The notes under the pieces are model-generated. The model was given only the letters and a program-made list of their open reading frames with translations, did no database searches and was not told the origin of the DNA. Shown here piece after piece: positions 1 through 13,125 of a DNA stretch of 64,000 nt. How positions within the stretch are numbered: position 1 is the first letter of the stretch; every line of letters starts with the position of its first letter. This stretch comes from Amphiscolops sp. MND2022. Taxonomy: Eukaryota. The stretch covers positions 56,608,001 to 56,672,000 of the forward strand of contig OZ076409.1 of the NCBI GenBank assembly GCA_964187785.1, written 5' to 3'. The translations under genes and the position numbers were made by a program.

Positions 1-1635
1 AGTCTGAAACAATTAAGTTTATGGTGGCAAGGCCCTGAGTGGTTGATCACCGGCGCACTTCCGAAGAAATTGGAATTACCTACCACGAAAGAGGAACTGA
101 AACGAAAAGTTTTGGTTAATGTGTCTCAAGTTGCAGAATCTGAAGATATTATTGATTTATCAGCACAACGTTCCTTGAGAAAGGCTCTCAGAATTGTTGC
201 TTATGTCAAGAGGTTTATCTCCATCTGCAAATATAAAACCAGTTATCCTAACTTCATTACAGCCAGCGAGCTAACTGAAGCCATGAGCAATCTCCTCATA
301 CAGGAACAGAAAAAATTCTACTCTGATGAAATAAATACGCTTCAAACTAGTTCACAAGTAAAAAAGTCGAGTAAAATTCAATTGCTGTATCCTTTCCTGA
401 ACGATGGAGTTCTCTGCGTTGGAGGACGCTTAGCTAATGGTAAATTCAACGATGAAGCGAAATATCAACGCCTCGTTTCGCAACAAAGCAATTTAGCTAG
501 CCTTATTCTCCTGGATTCTCACCATGCTACATTGCATGCTGGGCTAAATCAAGTTTTGGTTCTTTTCAGAACTAAATACTGGATTCCTAGTTGTAGAAAC
601 CTGATACGAAAAATAGTTAGAAATTGTGTGTCGTGCTGTCGCTTTCAAACCAGAGCCAATAATCCTCTGATGGGTGATTTGCCAAAGGAAAGAATAGATG
701 TTCCACTTCGAGCTTTTCAAGATATTGGCATTGACTTTGGAGGACCGTTTTTGTGTAAAACAGGTGGCTCGAAGGAGGCTAAAGTTTATATGGCACTTTT
801 CATTTGTTTTGCTAGCCGTGCTGTGCATTTGGAGTTAGTGTCCGATTTGAGTTCACAAGCCTTCATTGCTGCACTACGAAGATTTGTTTCTCGCCGAGGC
901 TGTCCTAAGAGGATATTTAGCGATAACGGGACAAACTTCACTGGAGCGCAAGCAGAGCTGAAAGAACTACTTGTAGCCGATCATAGCGATTCCTTGCAGG
1001 CTTATTTAGCAGGATTGTCAGTTGTTTGGACGTTCATTCCTCCCAGGGCTCCCCATTTCGGTGGCTTGTGGGAAGCGGCCATAAAAAGCGCTAAAAAGCA
1101 CCTGCGACGTGTCATGGGCAAATGTGTCCTAAACTATGAAGAACTGGAGACACTTTTCTGTCAGATTGAAATGGTCTTGAATTCTCGCCCCATCAGTTTT
1201 CTGAGTGATGATCCTAAAGATGAATTACCACTCACTCCAGCAGATTTGTGTATGGGTGCAAAGTTGGAAGCCTTGCCATCAACAGCAGAAATTAATCAGG
1301 AGGCAATCTCAGCTTCGCATTGCAATTCAAAAAAAAGATGGGCTTGTATCCAAGCAAAATTGACACATTTCTGGAAGCGATGGAGTAAAGAGTACGTCGC
1401 TAGTCTCCAGGAAAGAAGCAAATGGAGGAATGAAGTCCCCAATATAAAACTTGGAGATTTAGTGTACATTACTGATGATAATGTTCCACCTCTACAATGG
1501 CCACTAGGACGTGTCAAGCAACTTTACGTTGGGCGAGATTCCCTTGTGAGGGTTGTTAAAGTAAAGACAGGAAGTGGAGAATATAATCGAGCCGTTCATA
1601 AACTGAGGAAACTTCCACTGCCTGTCACCGACTGA
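1..1635 (+). CDS. pol: BEL/Pao retrotransposon Pol C-terminal part (end of RNase H region, integrase HHCC + DDE core, DUF5641-like tail); 5'-truncated by window edge
   Basis: Frame is open from base 1 (..LWWQGPEWL..). Contains HHATLH...CVSC zinc site, IDFGGP, SDNGTNF, APHFGGLWE, FWKRWSKEY and QWPLGRV...GRDSLVRVV, all typical BEL/Pao motifs. Confidence 0.95.
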   Translation, partial: SLKQLSLWWQGPEWLITGALPKKLELPTTKEELKRKVLVNVSQVAESEDIIDLSAQRSLRKALRIVAYVKRFISICKYKTSYPNFITASELTEAMSNLLIQEQKKFYSDEINTLQTSSQVKKSSKIQLLYPFLNDGVLCVGGRLANGKFNDEAKYQRLVSQQSNLASLILLDSHHATLHAGLNQVLVLFRTKYWIPSCRNLIRKIVRNCVSCCRFQTRANNPLMGDLPKERIDVPLRAFQDIGIDFGGPFLCKTGGSKEAKVYMALFICFASRAVHLELVSDLSSQAFIAALRRFVSRRGCPKRIFSDNGTNFTGAQAELKELLVADHSDSLQAYLAGLSVVWTFIPPRAPHFGGLWEAAIKSAKKHLRRVMGKCVLNYEELETLFCQIEMVLNSRPISFLSDDPKDELPLTPADLCMGAKLEALPSTAEINQEAISASHCNSKKRWACIQAKLTHFWKRWSKEYVASLQERSKWRNEVPNIKLGDLVYITDDNVPPLQWPLGRVKQLYVGRDSLVRVVKVKTGSGEYNRAVHKLRKLPLPVTD

Positions 1636-1681
1636 CTCGAAATTCAGTTGATTTGCGTAGAGGAAATCAAGACGGGCGATA

Positions 1682-1930
1682 TGTTCAATACTTTTGAAAA
1701 TTATTGATGATTCATTTCCTTATTTTGCACATGAAATATCTAAAGTTGATTTAACCCGCGTATTTATTAGTCATTGGTGTTGGAACTTTCAGGAAGTAAA
1801 GTTAAATGATTAAATTATAGTTTCTTTTACAAAGAACTAAGCTAGTACAGATCTGTTTTCCTGCTGTACAGGAGTTTTTGTGTAATTTTGGAAAACCTTG
1901 GTGACTTAGTCATTTCAAAGACGTTCAACA
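1682..1930 (+). repeat. Probable 3' LTR of the BEL/Pao element (~249 bp)
   Basis: Starts TGTT directly after purine-rich AAGACGGGCGATA, 46 bp after the pol stop; ends TTCAACA. The partner LTR is outside the window, so the right end is inferred. Confidence 0.65.
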
Positions 1931-2569
1931 AGGATCAAATTGTTTGTCAGGAAGGCTTTTTTTAGGGAAATGAACGAAGTTTTGTAATGAAAAAACGCAC
2001 AATTTACGACCAAAAAAGACAATAACTTCAAAATGTACCTATTTTTCACGTTTCCAAGCAACTTTTGTCAAATTTCTAAAGATTTCATGAACCAGAACGT
2101 TGAATACCTTCAATCACGAATGATTTCGTTGTCCAATAGGGTTGTTTGCGGAGATAAATGCAGTTTTGTAAAAAAAGAATTGCCACATGAACCCCGAAAG
2201 TCAAAACAATCTTACTTTTTTTACATTTTTGTATTTCACAACGCAATTTTTGTAAACGTTTAAACCTTTTCATGGATTAGGACTGTGAAACGATTCAACA
2301 ACAACTGAAAGCGTTGTCCGGTGGGCTTTTTCGTGGGATAAGTGCCAGTTTCTAGTAACAAACGTGCTTAAATTTGACACAAAATTTGTCGAAAACTCCA
2401 AAAACTTCCATTTTATGTAGGTTCTTCATGTTATTTGGGTACAGATTTTAAGAAATTGTTGAGTTAGATGGTTCAAAACAATCAAAAGCGATAGAATCAG
2501 GCATGTAGTTTCCCTTCTTGATGAGAAAAGAACAGTGCTTTACATCAGAAATTCTTAAAATTTATAGTT

Positions 2570-3492
2570 TTTCCTGCAGTTTGTGTTCAAACTTTGAAAA
2601 TTGTTGTGACTAGGAAAGTTCCAAACACTCGAAAACGAAAAATCTAGCTATGCAGTATGCTATTTTGAAGAGAGTTGCAGTATTTTGCTTCAAAAGTACT
2701 TCAAAAGTGTTCCTGATGAGTCGGGAAATAAAAAGTCTAAATTTAACGTTTCTTATGAAAGTTCTGAATTTTTTGAGAAGATTCCATCGTTGGAAGACAG
2801 AAAACCCTCAACAGCGACCAAAAACGTTATTCAGTAGGTTTTTCGAAGGTGAATTGCAGTTGCACGTTAGAAAAGAGTCTCAAAATGACCCCAAAATAAT
2901 CGAAAAAGAAAACAAGTTTTGGCAGTTGTCCGACAAATTAAAGAATTTCTATTGAAAGTTACCAAAACTTCCTAATAGTCCAGAAGTCTAACTTGTTGGA
3001 GTGGGCTTGTAGAATTTTAAAAAAAGAAATTTACAATTGTGTATGCAAAAAATTTGTCGGAAGGACTTGAAATTTAGTGAAAATCAATTCTTTGTTTGTG
3101 AACTTTTGAAATACTTTTTTGTAAACGTTTCGAGCAATTTTGTTATTCAAGAACTACTGGACCCGTTATCCAATAGGCGTTTTTAAAAAGACATCTACTG
3201 TTTCTTATAAAAGTTCCTCAAATGACCGCAAAGTTGTCGAAAAAGCAAAATTGTAGAAAGAAAAGTCAATTGGTTAGGTTTTGGAATACACACAATCTGA
3301 AGAAAAACCAAATAGGTGTATGGTGTCTTCTTGAAGTGTTCCCTTCTGAAATCGCATGACTTTATACAAAAACCTTTTTTCATCAAACTTCTCTGCGTTT
3401 TCATAGGGCAATAGCTACTCTTGAGCTTTAAAAATGTCGTTGCTGGAACGGTTCAGACGGAAAATATCCTGCTGGTCAGCGGGCGTCTTGTT
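2570..3492 (+). repeat. Interspersed repeat family B (HINE-like 3' end), copy 1
   Basis: Collinear, diverged match to ~4785-5752. Both end ATATCCTGCTGGTCAGCGGGCGTCTTGTT (short hairpin then CTTGTT). Reverse-complement pieces at ~13830-13930 and from 26035. Confidence 0.7.
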
Positions 3493-3493
3493 C

Positions 3494-4773
3494 TTTCAAA
3501 AATCCTGAAAGGCGAAAAATGTGCATTTTTCGAATTGGAAAAGCTTACGTTTTTGTATGGGAGTGTCGTTCTTTGTCAAATGAAAGTGTTTTTTCTTAAT
3601 CACCACATTTACTAGTGACGAAACTTCAATCGAATTAGAAGGTCATGCGGTGAACATCCCCGCACGAGGGCGACTAGATACGCAAAAGTCAATACCTAAA
3701 TTTCAAAATTCTTTTAAATTGGTCTTCATTGAAAATAGTTTTCATCTTGCTTGATAGTCAATTTCAACTCAACGTATGGAATATGTTTTTTTTTGAAAAA
3801 AAACTTTTGCCAATTGCTAAAATTATGCAGTCCTTAGCCATAGGCAATTTTTCAACTTTCATTTACTCTGTTTCTCAATGAAAGTGCTGAATTGAACGGC
3901 AAAATATTTTGGCAAAATATTGCTCAGGATATCTGGGTCTGCAGCTCAGACTGAAACTCACAGAGCTGCCACGCTTACGTCACAATGTCGTGCCACGATT
4001 GTACCAACCATGAAACTTGATAATATCATGATATGATGATATGAATCATAGCAAAAAAATCTCTGCTGAGATTCCTCGTACTGCAAAACCTATATACATC
4101 CTTATGGCTTATAGCGAGGTCAATATGTTGCATCGTTTCATCTTTTCACCAAAATGTTTCAGTTGTCTTCGATTTTAGAATGGCGTTTTTGAAACATTCG
4201 GTCAAATCTTTAATTGACCATAAAAATTATCAATTAAAATGAGAACGTCTCGAATCGGCGCCCACGCTTGAGTCTAAAAAAGCCATAAATGGTCTCATTA
4301 ATGTGCTCCGGCTATTATAAAATTCTTGAGATGTCAGAGTGCTATTTTTCATACTGCTAGATTTCAGACGGCATCAATTTCAGAGAAACCATTTCTGTAA
4401 CTAAAAACATCAAAAACCCCCATTTGGTGATGAAAATTAATTTCCCTCAAAAGTAGCACATTGCCAAAAAAACGTAATGGGGGATTCTTTAGGTTCAAAA
4501 AACGTGAGAACAGGGAAAAACCTGAAGGGCAACCTTTGATGAAATGGAAAAATCTTGCACCCTTTGATCTTGCGCCCTTGAACCCAGAGGTTACTGTTAT
4601 GTCTTCCATGATCATCCTACAGTTGTTAAATTGGATCCCTTTTGTGAGAAAAGAAATGTGAACAAATTCAGTCAAAATCAGTGTTTGCTTTCTGAAAGAT
4701 AATGGAAACTATATTTTTCCAAACATCATCAGTTTTGTATAGACATGTGGAGAATAGATTTTGCCAGCAGTTG
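3494..4773 (+). repeat. ~1.28-kb direct repeat, copy 1
   Basis: Collinear with 7092-8364, roughly 95% identical by eye. Confidence 0.9.
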
Positions 4774-4784
4774 TCCATTTTGTC

Positions 4785-5752
4785 AATTTTCCTGCGATTT
4801 GTGTACAATTCTAGAGAAGTTTTGTGGCTAAAGAAGGTTCAAAACACTCGAATCTGGACAAACGGACTACGCAGTTTCTATTTTGAAGTGGGAGTTGCAG
4901 TATTTTGTTCAAAAACAATTCAAAAAAGACCCTGATGATTCGAAATTGAAAAAATTCAAATTCAAGGTTTCTTATGCAAAGTCCTTAGTTTTTTGAGAAG
5001 TTTCCATTGTTGGAAGAATGAGAATATCAACAGCGATCAAATGGGTTACGTTATCCAGTAGGCTTTTTGGAGGTCAATTGAATTGCAGTTTCACGTTAGT
5101 AACGGGACTCAAAATGACCGCAAAATAGTGAAAAAAAAACAAGTATTGGCAGTTTAACAAATCAGTGAATTTTAAATGAAATTACCAAAGTTTCGCATTC
5201 GAAGTTTTCAAGTTTTTAAAACAGGCTTGCAAAATGTTGAAAAAATAGAAATTTACAATTATGTAGGAAAAAAGTTTGTCAGAACGACTTGAAAAAAGTA
5301 AAAAAACCTTTTTTTGTTTTTGAATTAATTATTTATCTTTTGTAAACCTTTCGATCAATTTTCTCATTCGAGAATGACTGGACCCGGTTTCCAACAGGCT
5401 TTTTTAAAAAAACGTCTGGGTTGTTCTAGTAAATATCCTTAAATGACCGCAATGTTGTCGAAAAAGCACATTTTTTCAAGTTTTGAAATTTTTGGCGACT
5501 TCGCTCAAAATTATAAAAACGTTTTGGTGTTCACACAACCTGACGAAAAATAGGTGAAAAATAGGTGTTTAGTGAGTTCTTGAAGTGTTTTCTTCTGATA
5601 TGGGATGACCTTATTCAGAAAGTGTCAAAACTTTTTCATCAACTTTTTCTATGCGTTTTCATAGTGCAATAGCTACTGTTGAGCCTCAAAAATATGTCAT
5701 TGCTAAAACAGTTTGGACGTAGAATATCCTGCTGGTCAGCGGGCGTCTTGTT
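4785..5752 (+). repeat. Interspersed repeat family B, copy 2
   Basis: Diverged match to 2570-3492 with the same terminal 29-mer. Confidence 0.7.
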
Positions 5753-7091
5753 ATATGAAGTTTTCACATGTTAATGTTTTATGGCATCAGTTGAACTTTA
5801 CAGTTCTTCTAATTCAGTCCTCTCCGGATTCTTAGTGAAAAACGTAGAATCACATTGGTTCAATAACTTCAGTTGATGATATCAGGTCAAGATCTCCGAA
5901 GTTGAAATCTCCTGAGTTAGAATCTCCTAAGTTTAAGGTATCGTGATTAGCTACGTTCATATACCGATAGTGCCTAAATGGAGGAGCGAAGCGGAGTGAG
6001 GTGCCGCTACTGGTCCAGCGGCTGGTTTTGACAAAGGCTGACCTGGAAGAAGAAAAACCGAGTAATACAACCATTTTTTTACTTCTTCTTGTTTAATTGA
6101 TTTTAACCTAGGAGTTTTTCGTTTAGCAGATTTTAACTTATTTTGTTTTTGGAGATTTTGACGTAATCCAACTGATAAACAAGAACTTATCATACGTGCA
6201 GCGACCGTTCAAAACATCTAAGTTACACTTTTGGAAGCCACTATTTAAGTGTCATTTTCACGAACATGATCTAATGGTCTCAAATGTGCTGAGAAAATTA
6301 ACATCATGATTGCACTTAATGCCAAGTTATCCGATGTGACAAAAATCTTGAATACTGTTCAAAAATTGATTTTGCAGCTGTCACCAAAAAGTTAAAATGA
6401 CCAGAGCTTTTGTGTCCTGATACCTAGTGTTTTCTAAGTGCAGGACCGAAACGACGTGTCGGTAGCAATAACTCATAATTCAAAGTCAAGTTTTCAGAAA
6501 AAGGAATATCAAGAGAATCCGAGGAGACCAAAACACCTGAGAAAAAACTCAAATACCGCTATGAGTTTTGAAGCTTCCAAATGTTATCATGATTTGGACT
6601 ATTACGAACTTGGATTTGATGGTCGCTAAACATTGTCCAATTTTTTTAGCTACAAAACTACAACAAGTAGAATCATCTAGCAACTAAACGAGACTTCATT
6701 GATTGCCGGGACCGAGTACGACCGCTTCGGGAGTAACATTGTTGCATAGACTGGTGTGTCAAAAGAGACGCTGGTAATAACTTCTCAATATATTGGCACA
6801 ATGATTCTGCAGAGTGATAGAAAAGTTTATAGCCCCTGAGACAATGGAAGTGCCATTGGTATTCGTTCAGCCTTTTTTATGCGCAATTTATTACCTTTTT
6901 CGTGCTTAAGTATTCGATACGCTTGAGACTCTTGGAGTCGGTAAGTCGAACAAAACCTAGAAACTTCCACTTTGTTCCACTCCCAAGTGCAAGGTTTATT
7001 TGCCAATAATTCAAATATACAAACTATATATAATATGATTCGAAGTCGTTTTTATTTCCTCTAAAAATGTGCTGGCATGCCATTGCCTTTT

Positions 7092-8364
7092 CTTTCGAAA
7101 ATCCTGAAAGGCGAAAAACGTGCGTTTTTCAAATTGGAAAAGCTTACGTTTTTGTTAAGGAGGGTCGTTCTTTGTCAAATGAAAGGGCTTTTTCTTAACC
7201 ACCACATTTATGAGTGAAGAAACTTCAATCGAAACAGAAGTTCATGCGGTGAACATCCCCGCAAGAGGGCGACTAGATACGCAAAAGTCAATACCTAAAT
7301 TTCAAAATTCTTTTAAATTGGTCTTCATTGAAAATAGTTTTCACCTTGCTTGATAGTCAATTTCAACTCAACGTATGGAATATGTTTTTTTGAGAAAAAA
7401 ACTTTTGCCAAATGCTAAAATTATGCGGTCCTTAGCCATAGGCGATTTTTCAACTTTCATTTACTCTGTTTCTCAATGAAAGTGCTGAATTGAACGGCAA
7501 AATATCTTGGCAAAATATTGTTCAGGACATCTGGGTGTGCAGCTCAGACTGAAACTCACAGAGCTGCCACGCTTACGTCACAATGTCGTGCCACGATTGT
7601 ACCAACCATGAAACTTGATAATATCATGATATGATGATATGAATAATAGCAAAAAAATCTCTGCTGAGATTCCTCGTACTGCAAAACCTATATACATCCT
7701 TATGGCTAATAGCGAGGTCAATATGTTGTATCGTTTCATCTTTTCACCAAAATGTTTCAGTTGTCTTCGATTTTAGACTGGCGTTTTTGAAGCATTCGGT
7801 CAAATCTTCAGTTAACCATAAAAATTATCAATTAATATGAGAACGTCTCGAATCGGCGCCCACGCTTGAGTCTAAAAAAGCCATAAATGGTCTCATTAGT
7901 GTGCTCCGGCTATTATGAAATTCATGAGATGTCAGAGTGCTATTTTTCATACTGCTAGATTTCAGACTGCATCAATTTCAGAGAAACCATTTCTGTAACT
8001 AAAAACATCAAAAACCCCCATTTGGTGATGAAAAATAATTTCCCTCAAAAAGTAGCACCTTGCCAAAAAACGTACTGAGGGATTCTTTAGGCTCAAAAAA
8101 CAGGGAAAAACCTGAAGGGCAACCTTTGATGAAATGGAAAAATCTTGCACCCTTTGATCTTGCGCCCTTGAACCTAGATGTTACTGTTATGTCTTCCTTG
8201 ATCATACTACAGTTGTTAAATTTCCCCTTTTGTGAGAAAAGAAATGTGAACAAATTCAGTCAAAGTCAGTGTTTGCTTTCAGAAAAAGAAAATAGAAACT
8301 ATATTTTTCCAAACATCATCAGTTTTGCATAGATATGCGGAGAATAGACTTTGCGAGCAGTTGT
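7092..8364 (+). repeat. ~1.28-kb direct repeat, copy 2
   Basis: Collinear with 3494-4773. Confidence 0.9.
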
Positions 8365-8654
8365 AGCTTGCTAATATCACTCTTGAAAGCTTGTATTCGC
8401 TTCTTTTTCCGGATGTCCAGGCGAGTATTCTCGCTGAAAATTTCCCAGGGACCCACTTTTGCAATTTTGCTCAGTTAATAGAAACAAATTTTTCCATTGA
8501 AAACAGGAAAATTCGAAAAGAACCTATTTCTGAGTTTTTCTCAAAAACGGATTATCACCACTTTTGAGCGTTGCATAGAAAGATTTGTTTCTAAAAATTT
8601 CATTATTTATAAATACAGGTCTTATCGCACATATTTCGAAAGTATCAAAAACGA

Positions 8655-9040
8655 CACCAGCAACATGGCCGATTTCTAAATAGTAACAAATTGGCCAATT
8701 TTGGAAACGTAACAAACGTAACGAAAAGGCTGATTTCGAAGACGTAACAAAATGGCCGATTTTGATGTGTACCAAGAGTGGTGTTTTTTAAACGGCACAA
8801 ACACATGGCTATATGACACAGCCATCCTCGTTCCGGTCGCTGTGCGTTCCTCCAGCTCAGCCTTCGTTAAAATCAACAGCTAATCAAGTAGTGGCATGTC
8901 GCAAAATCGGCTAATTTGTTAGAAAAAAGTGCTTTTGCTATGTTGGAAATTGACCATTTGGTTACGTTTTCAAATTCAGTTATTTTGTTAAACTTTGAAC
9001 CCTTTCGTTTTGTTCAAGGATGGCCATTTTGTGTTGCATC
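8655..9040. repeat. Degenerate MITE-like segment with oppositely oriented ~23-bp subrepeats
   Basis: GTAACAAAATGGCCGATTT-like units at 8660-8765; complementary AAATCGGC/TGACCATTTGGTTAC-like units at 8900-9040. Confidence 0.35.
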
Positions 9041-11061
9041 GCAGAATTTTTTCTCGCTTTTTTTGTTTTTGATGTTTTCTGTTAAGCCCTGTTTGGTTCT
9101 TTTTTGGATCTTTGGGACTATTGAGAATTTTCTCGATAATTCTGGAAAAGACCTACGTTTTTTTGGCTGTGTGCGACTTTTCACGATTTTTTTACGAGAG
9201 GCTCGCAGCTCGATGTTTTGCTTTGTTTTCAGTTTATAAAACGTGTTTGGTTAATTTCGGCACAGTGCGACTTCTTCCGAACAAAACATTTGAGGTTTTG
9301 TGATACTCGCATGTGAGAAAAAAACTTGGTGATTTTGAACTTTCCCTTTGGGATTTTTCTGTTGCAACCGTTCTATTTGGAAAATTTCGCAGTGAAACTG
9401 CGCCTGTTGTAAACTTTCAAAAGAAACCAATACCGGAAGAATCATGTGAGAAATTAGTTAGGGAAACGACTTAACGAAACGAAATAAATATAGACCACTA
9501 GCTTTTTTCAGCAGTCTTCCTGCCAAGATAACCCATCAATAAACCAGTATTCAGCAAAACTGGACTTTTGGGGTGAATCATTCTACCAAAACCTTTCGAT
9601 TATGTTCACCTTCGACCCAGTACTTCACCAAAGTAACCCAAATTATCTAAATTCGCCACCACTAAAGTGAATCGAAAGGTTGCTATCGTTTGCTTGGAAT
9701 CACTGCCGAAGAAATTGACAGAAAAAGCATTGGAGAAAACGATTAGGAGAACTCTCAAAAATCGAGACTTATGCATTTTTCGCCATTTTTGGGCTGTCAT
9801 GTGTTTCAACAGTACTAGCAAACATCAAACATCGTCGCCATTCAAATGATTCAAAGCATATTTATGTTTAAAAAACCTTTGTTGAAAGTCAGGACGTCAA
9901 AACGTTTCACGAAAAAGAATGACTGTTTAATACTCTTCCAAAAAAATTTACTCGGTCGAAAATTTCAAATTTGAAAATATTTCTAAACTGAAGAAACAAA
10001 ACGCAACACCACACCAAGTCATACTAATCGAATAACTTTTCCTTTTTGGACTGGTGATGATTTAACAACCCAAAGAAAGTGTTTGAGAAATCTCTACTCA
10101 CCAAATTTATTTCTCCAGTGCGTCCCAGATCTTTGTGAAGTTTTTGTGTGGTATCTTTATGAGTACCGAATCTTCCAATAACTGCATATTAAAATTATCG
10201 CAGCGCCAAAACATCTTTAATATGACATCAAAATGGTAAAGAGTGGAATCAATCAGAGTTTAGTTTTTCGCAAATGAAACAAAATTGTTTCGGTTTAAAC
10301 CACTTGAACTATTCAGTACGTTGATAATTCGCATTTATCGGGAAACTTGTCACCAAAGCAATGGTTGTTGCGTTTTTATAGAAGGTAAATATACTTAAAA
10401 GTGCTCTTTGAATGTGTTTTTTCAAGGAATTACGTGTATCGGCAAATATTCCTAATTGTTGTTAATGGGAAAAATTGACTTTAAAGTTTTACTTCTTTCA
10501 ATCCAAATTTGTTACAACAGGAACTTAAGCATCTGTAAGAACTGACAAAATTGACGAAAATAAATCTAATTGGGCGTACATCAAGGAAAAACTTGTCATT
10601 GCCGGCACATAAGTTATTTATGTTGCATTCATGGAATTTTAACTGGGGAGAATACAGGCGCCAAAAAAGTTGTTAAAATAGAGCAAATTAGCAGGAGCCT
10701 AACTGTCTTTCATTGGAGAGATCTCGAATTTGTTTTTCGAAGTTACAAGTCAACATGGTGACCGACCGCAGGAAAGAAATAATAAGATGGTCTATTTTCA
10801 AAGAATGTTGGAAGGAAAAAACAAGGTGCCGAATTCGGAAACTTGATAAATTATAAGCTGTTTGCTGTTAAGCCAAGTGTGATGTCGGTTATTGTGCCAT
10901 TCAAGAACGATCTTCAAAGAAACCACTACACTCACGCCATGTTTCGAACAGTGACACATACCCTTGTTGAACGTGCTTCAACTTTTTACATGTTCTTTAG
11001 AGTTGTCAGCTACTTTTATTATGATTTTTTTGAAACTCTTAGGCAAACTTTAACGAGTTAA

Positions 11062-11619
11062 CCCTAGTCGAGATTGCATGAAGTTTTTACATGCTGCATG
11101 GAAACATGCAGGCTAATATTTTACAAAACATGGAAAATTCCGGGAGCCTGCATGGAAACATTTTGGAGGTTTCCAATGCAATGCAGCTTACACTATTTCA
11201 ATTGAATATGAAAACAATGCTTACAATGCAGCTTCCACTATTTCAATTGAAACTGAAAACATTTCCACTTCTTCACCAGCGCGATCACTTTGTTTTCACG
11301 TGTAAGTTTCTCAAGTAAGTATCTTATGTAATCACCGTTAGTCAGATAGCACGCTGAATATGACTCTACTTTGAAACTTATAATGTGACTGAAGTTTATT
11401 TGCATTGAAAGCGCGGCAAAATTGATGTCGGTCTCAGCTGCTTTCAAAATTAGAACGGCATCTTAATGAAACCTGTAAAACTTTGCAGCTTGATAAAATT
11501 AAATTGAATCAGTGAAGTTTTGTTGCATGGACGCTTCTTTTAGAATTGTAAAAAATCAAGGAAAATTAGGTTGGTAACCTTCAAAAACATGTAAAAAGTT
11601 CAAGCAGTTCCAACCAGGG
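11062..11619. mobile_element. MITE with CCC...GGG termini (same family as 57069-57501)
   Basis: Termini CCCTAGTCGAGATTGC and GCAGTTCCAACCAGGG; inverted homologue of 57069-57501. A further TIR copy ends at ~12060. Confidence 0.7.
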
Positions 11620-12884
11620 ATTATTTCCCTGTTGTCATCAACTTTTACCAAGCTGCTTGAAAGAGTCATCAAAGTTTTGGCGGCAATTTCAAGTCGTAAA
11701 GTTCTGCAAGTTTCGTTATGCGTCAGTTCTAATTTTAAATGCAGCTGAGACGTCAACAATTTTGCCGCCATTTTAATGCAAGTTAACTTCAATCACAATG
11801 TGAATAACAAACTAGGGTCTTCTTTAGCGTCCTGTTTGAGAAGCGGTGATTAAATCAGATGAGTAGTTGAGAAATCAATGTGTGAATATAACGTGATCGT
11901 GTCCGGAAAGAAGGGTGAAATATTTTCAAATTTAATTGCAGTAGTAGAAAATGAAGGGTAATTCTACCACCGGAACCTTACTGAATTTTCTAAGTTTTAT
12001 GAAAATTTACCCTGCGTAGAGGCCTGCAGCATGTAAAAAATTCCAACAGTCTCAACTAGGATATGCCAAGCACGTTCATTTTGAGTCAATTCAAAAACCT
12101 GACAAACAAAAATAAATTGAGAGTTCTTCTAAAGTAATGTTTTTGATGTACTTTTGCTATTTTCATGATCTTCCAGAGGAAAAAGAATTCACGTGTAGTG
12201 AATGAATGTTCATGTATCGTAGCCGATATACTACGAACCTTGAACAAAGATTGACTTTTTTCGTTTTTTTAAGTTCATTTTGGGAGCTTCTTTTAATTAT
12301 GAAATGTTTTTTTCCAAACTTTTCTTTTTGAAGTATGTTAAGTATCCAATCAGTTTGACTTCAATCCAAAGCAGCAAAAAATTGTTAAAAATTGAAACGT
12401 TTTGCAGTTTTCCTTATTTTGAAGCACTTTTCAAGTGTCTCCATAAATACATATGTGAGGAACCTAAGTTATCGTCGTTGAATTCCGTAGACGATATTCT
12501 GTATTTATAGTAAAGTGTTAGAACGTTCAGAATTCCGAGAAAAAATGCAACTGAGAGGTTAAATTTCTTCCACATGGATTATGGTCGGAAAAAATTCGAG
12601 TTTGTACCAGAAAGTAGAACGCACGGGAAGTCTCTTCAATGGGAAAGCCGCCTAATTCAATACGGGTGGTAAAAATACGGTTGGTTATCAAAATCTCACA
12701 TGAAGTTGATTTGAAACCTTACACGACGAAAACTTAAAAATGTGGGAACAAGTTATTGTAAAAAATGCAGCTAAAGTGCACAAACACAAATTCGAACGTA
12801 ATCTAACCAAGTTTTCCGTGTAGACATTCCACGTCATTGAGCGTAAAAGTGTCAACAAACTTTGAGGTTAGTCCGAAGTATATT

Positions 12885-13125
12885 GCGTTTCACTAAGGAG
12901 GAAGCGGAGGTTCGAAAATATTGCGCTAAATCCAAACTATGACGTTATTGCATTTCAAGCTATATCCGAACTTTTGAAGCGTTTTCCGAGCTCGAAAGCC
13001 ACCCTTTGGGTGTTTTGACACTTTTATGTAAGTTTTTTCATGATCAAAAAGTTCTGGGCATATTTTAAAAACTTTGCGCTTTTCGAGCCTCATGTGGGGC
13101 GCCGATTTTAGACTTTGCTGTCTTA
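12885..13125 (+). mobile_element. Degraded HINE family A fragment
   Basis: GAGGAAGCGGAGGTTCGAAAA and TTTGCGCTTTTCGAGCCT..GGCGCCGATTTTAGAC match the HINE 3' ends at 41740, 42700 and 48100. Confidence 0.55.

Noticed and set aside
5850..6193. Two short overlapping minus-strand ORFs
   Set aside because: No recognisable domain and no splice support.
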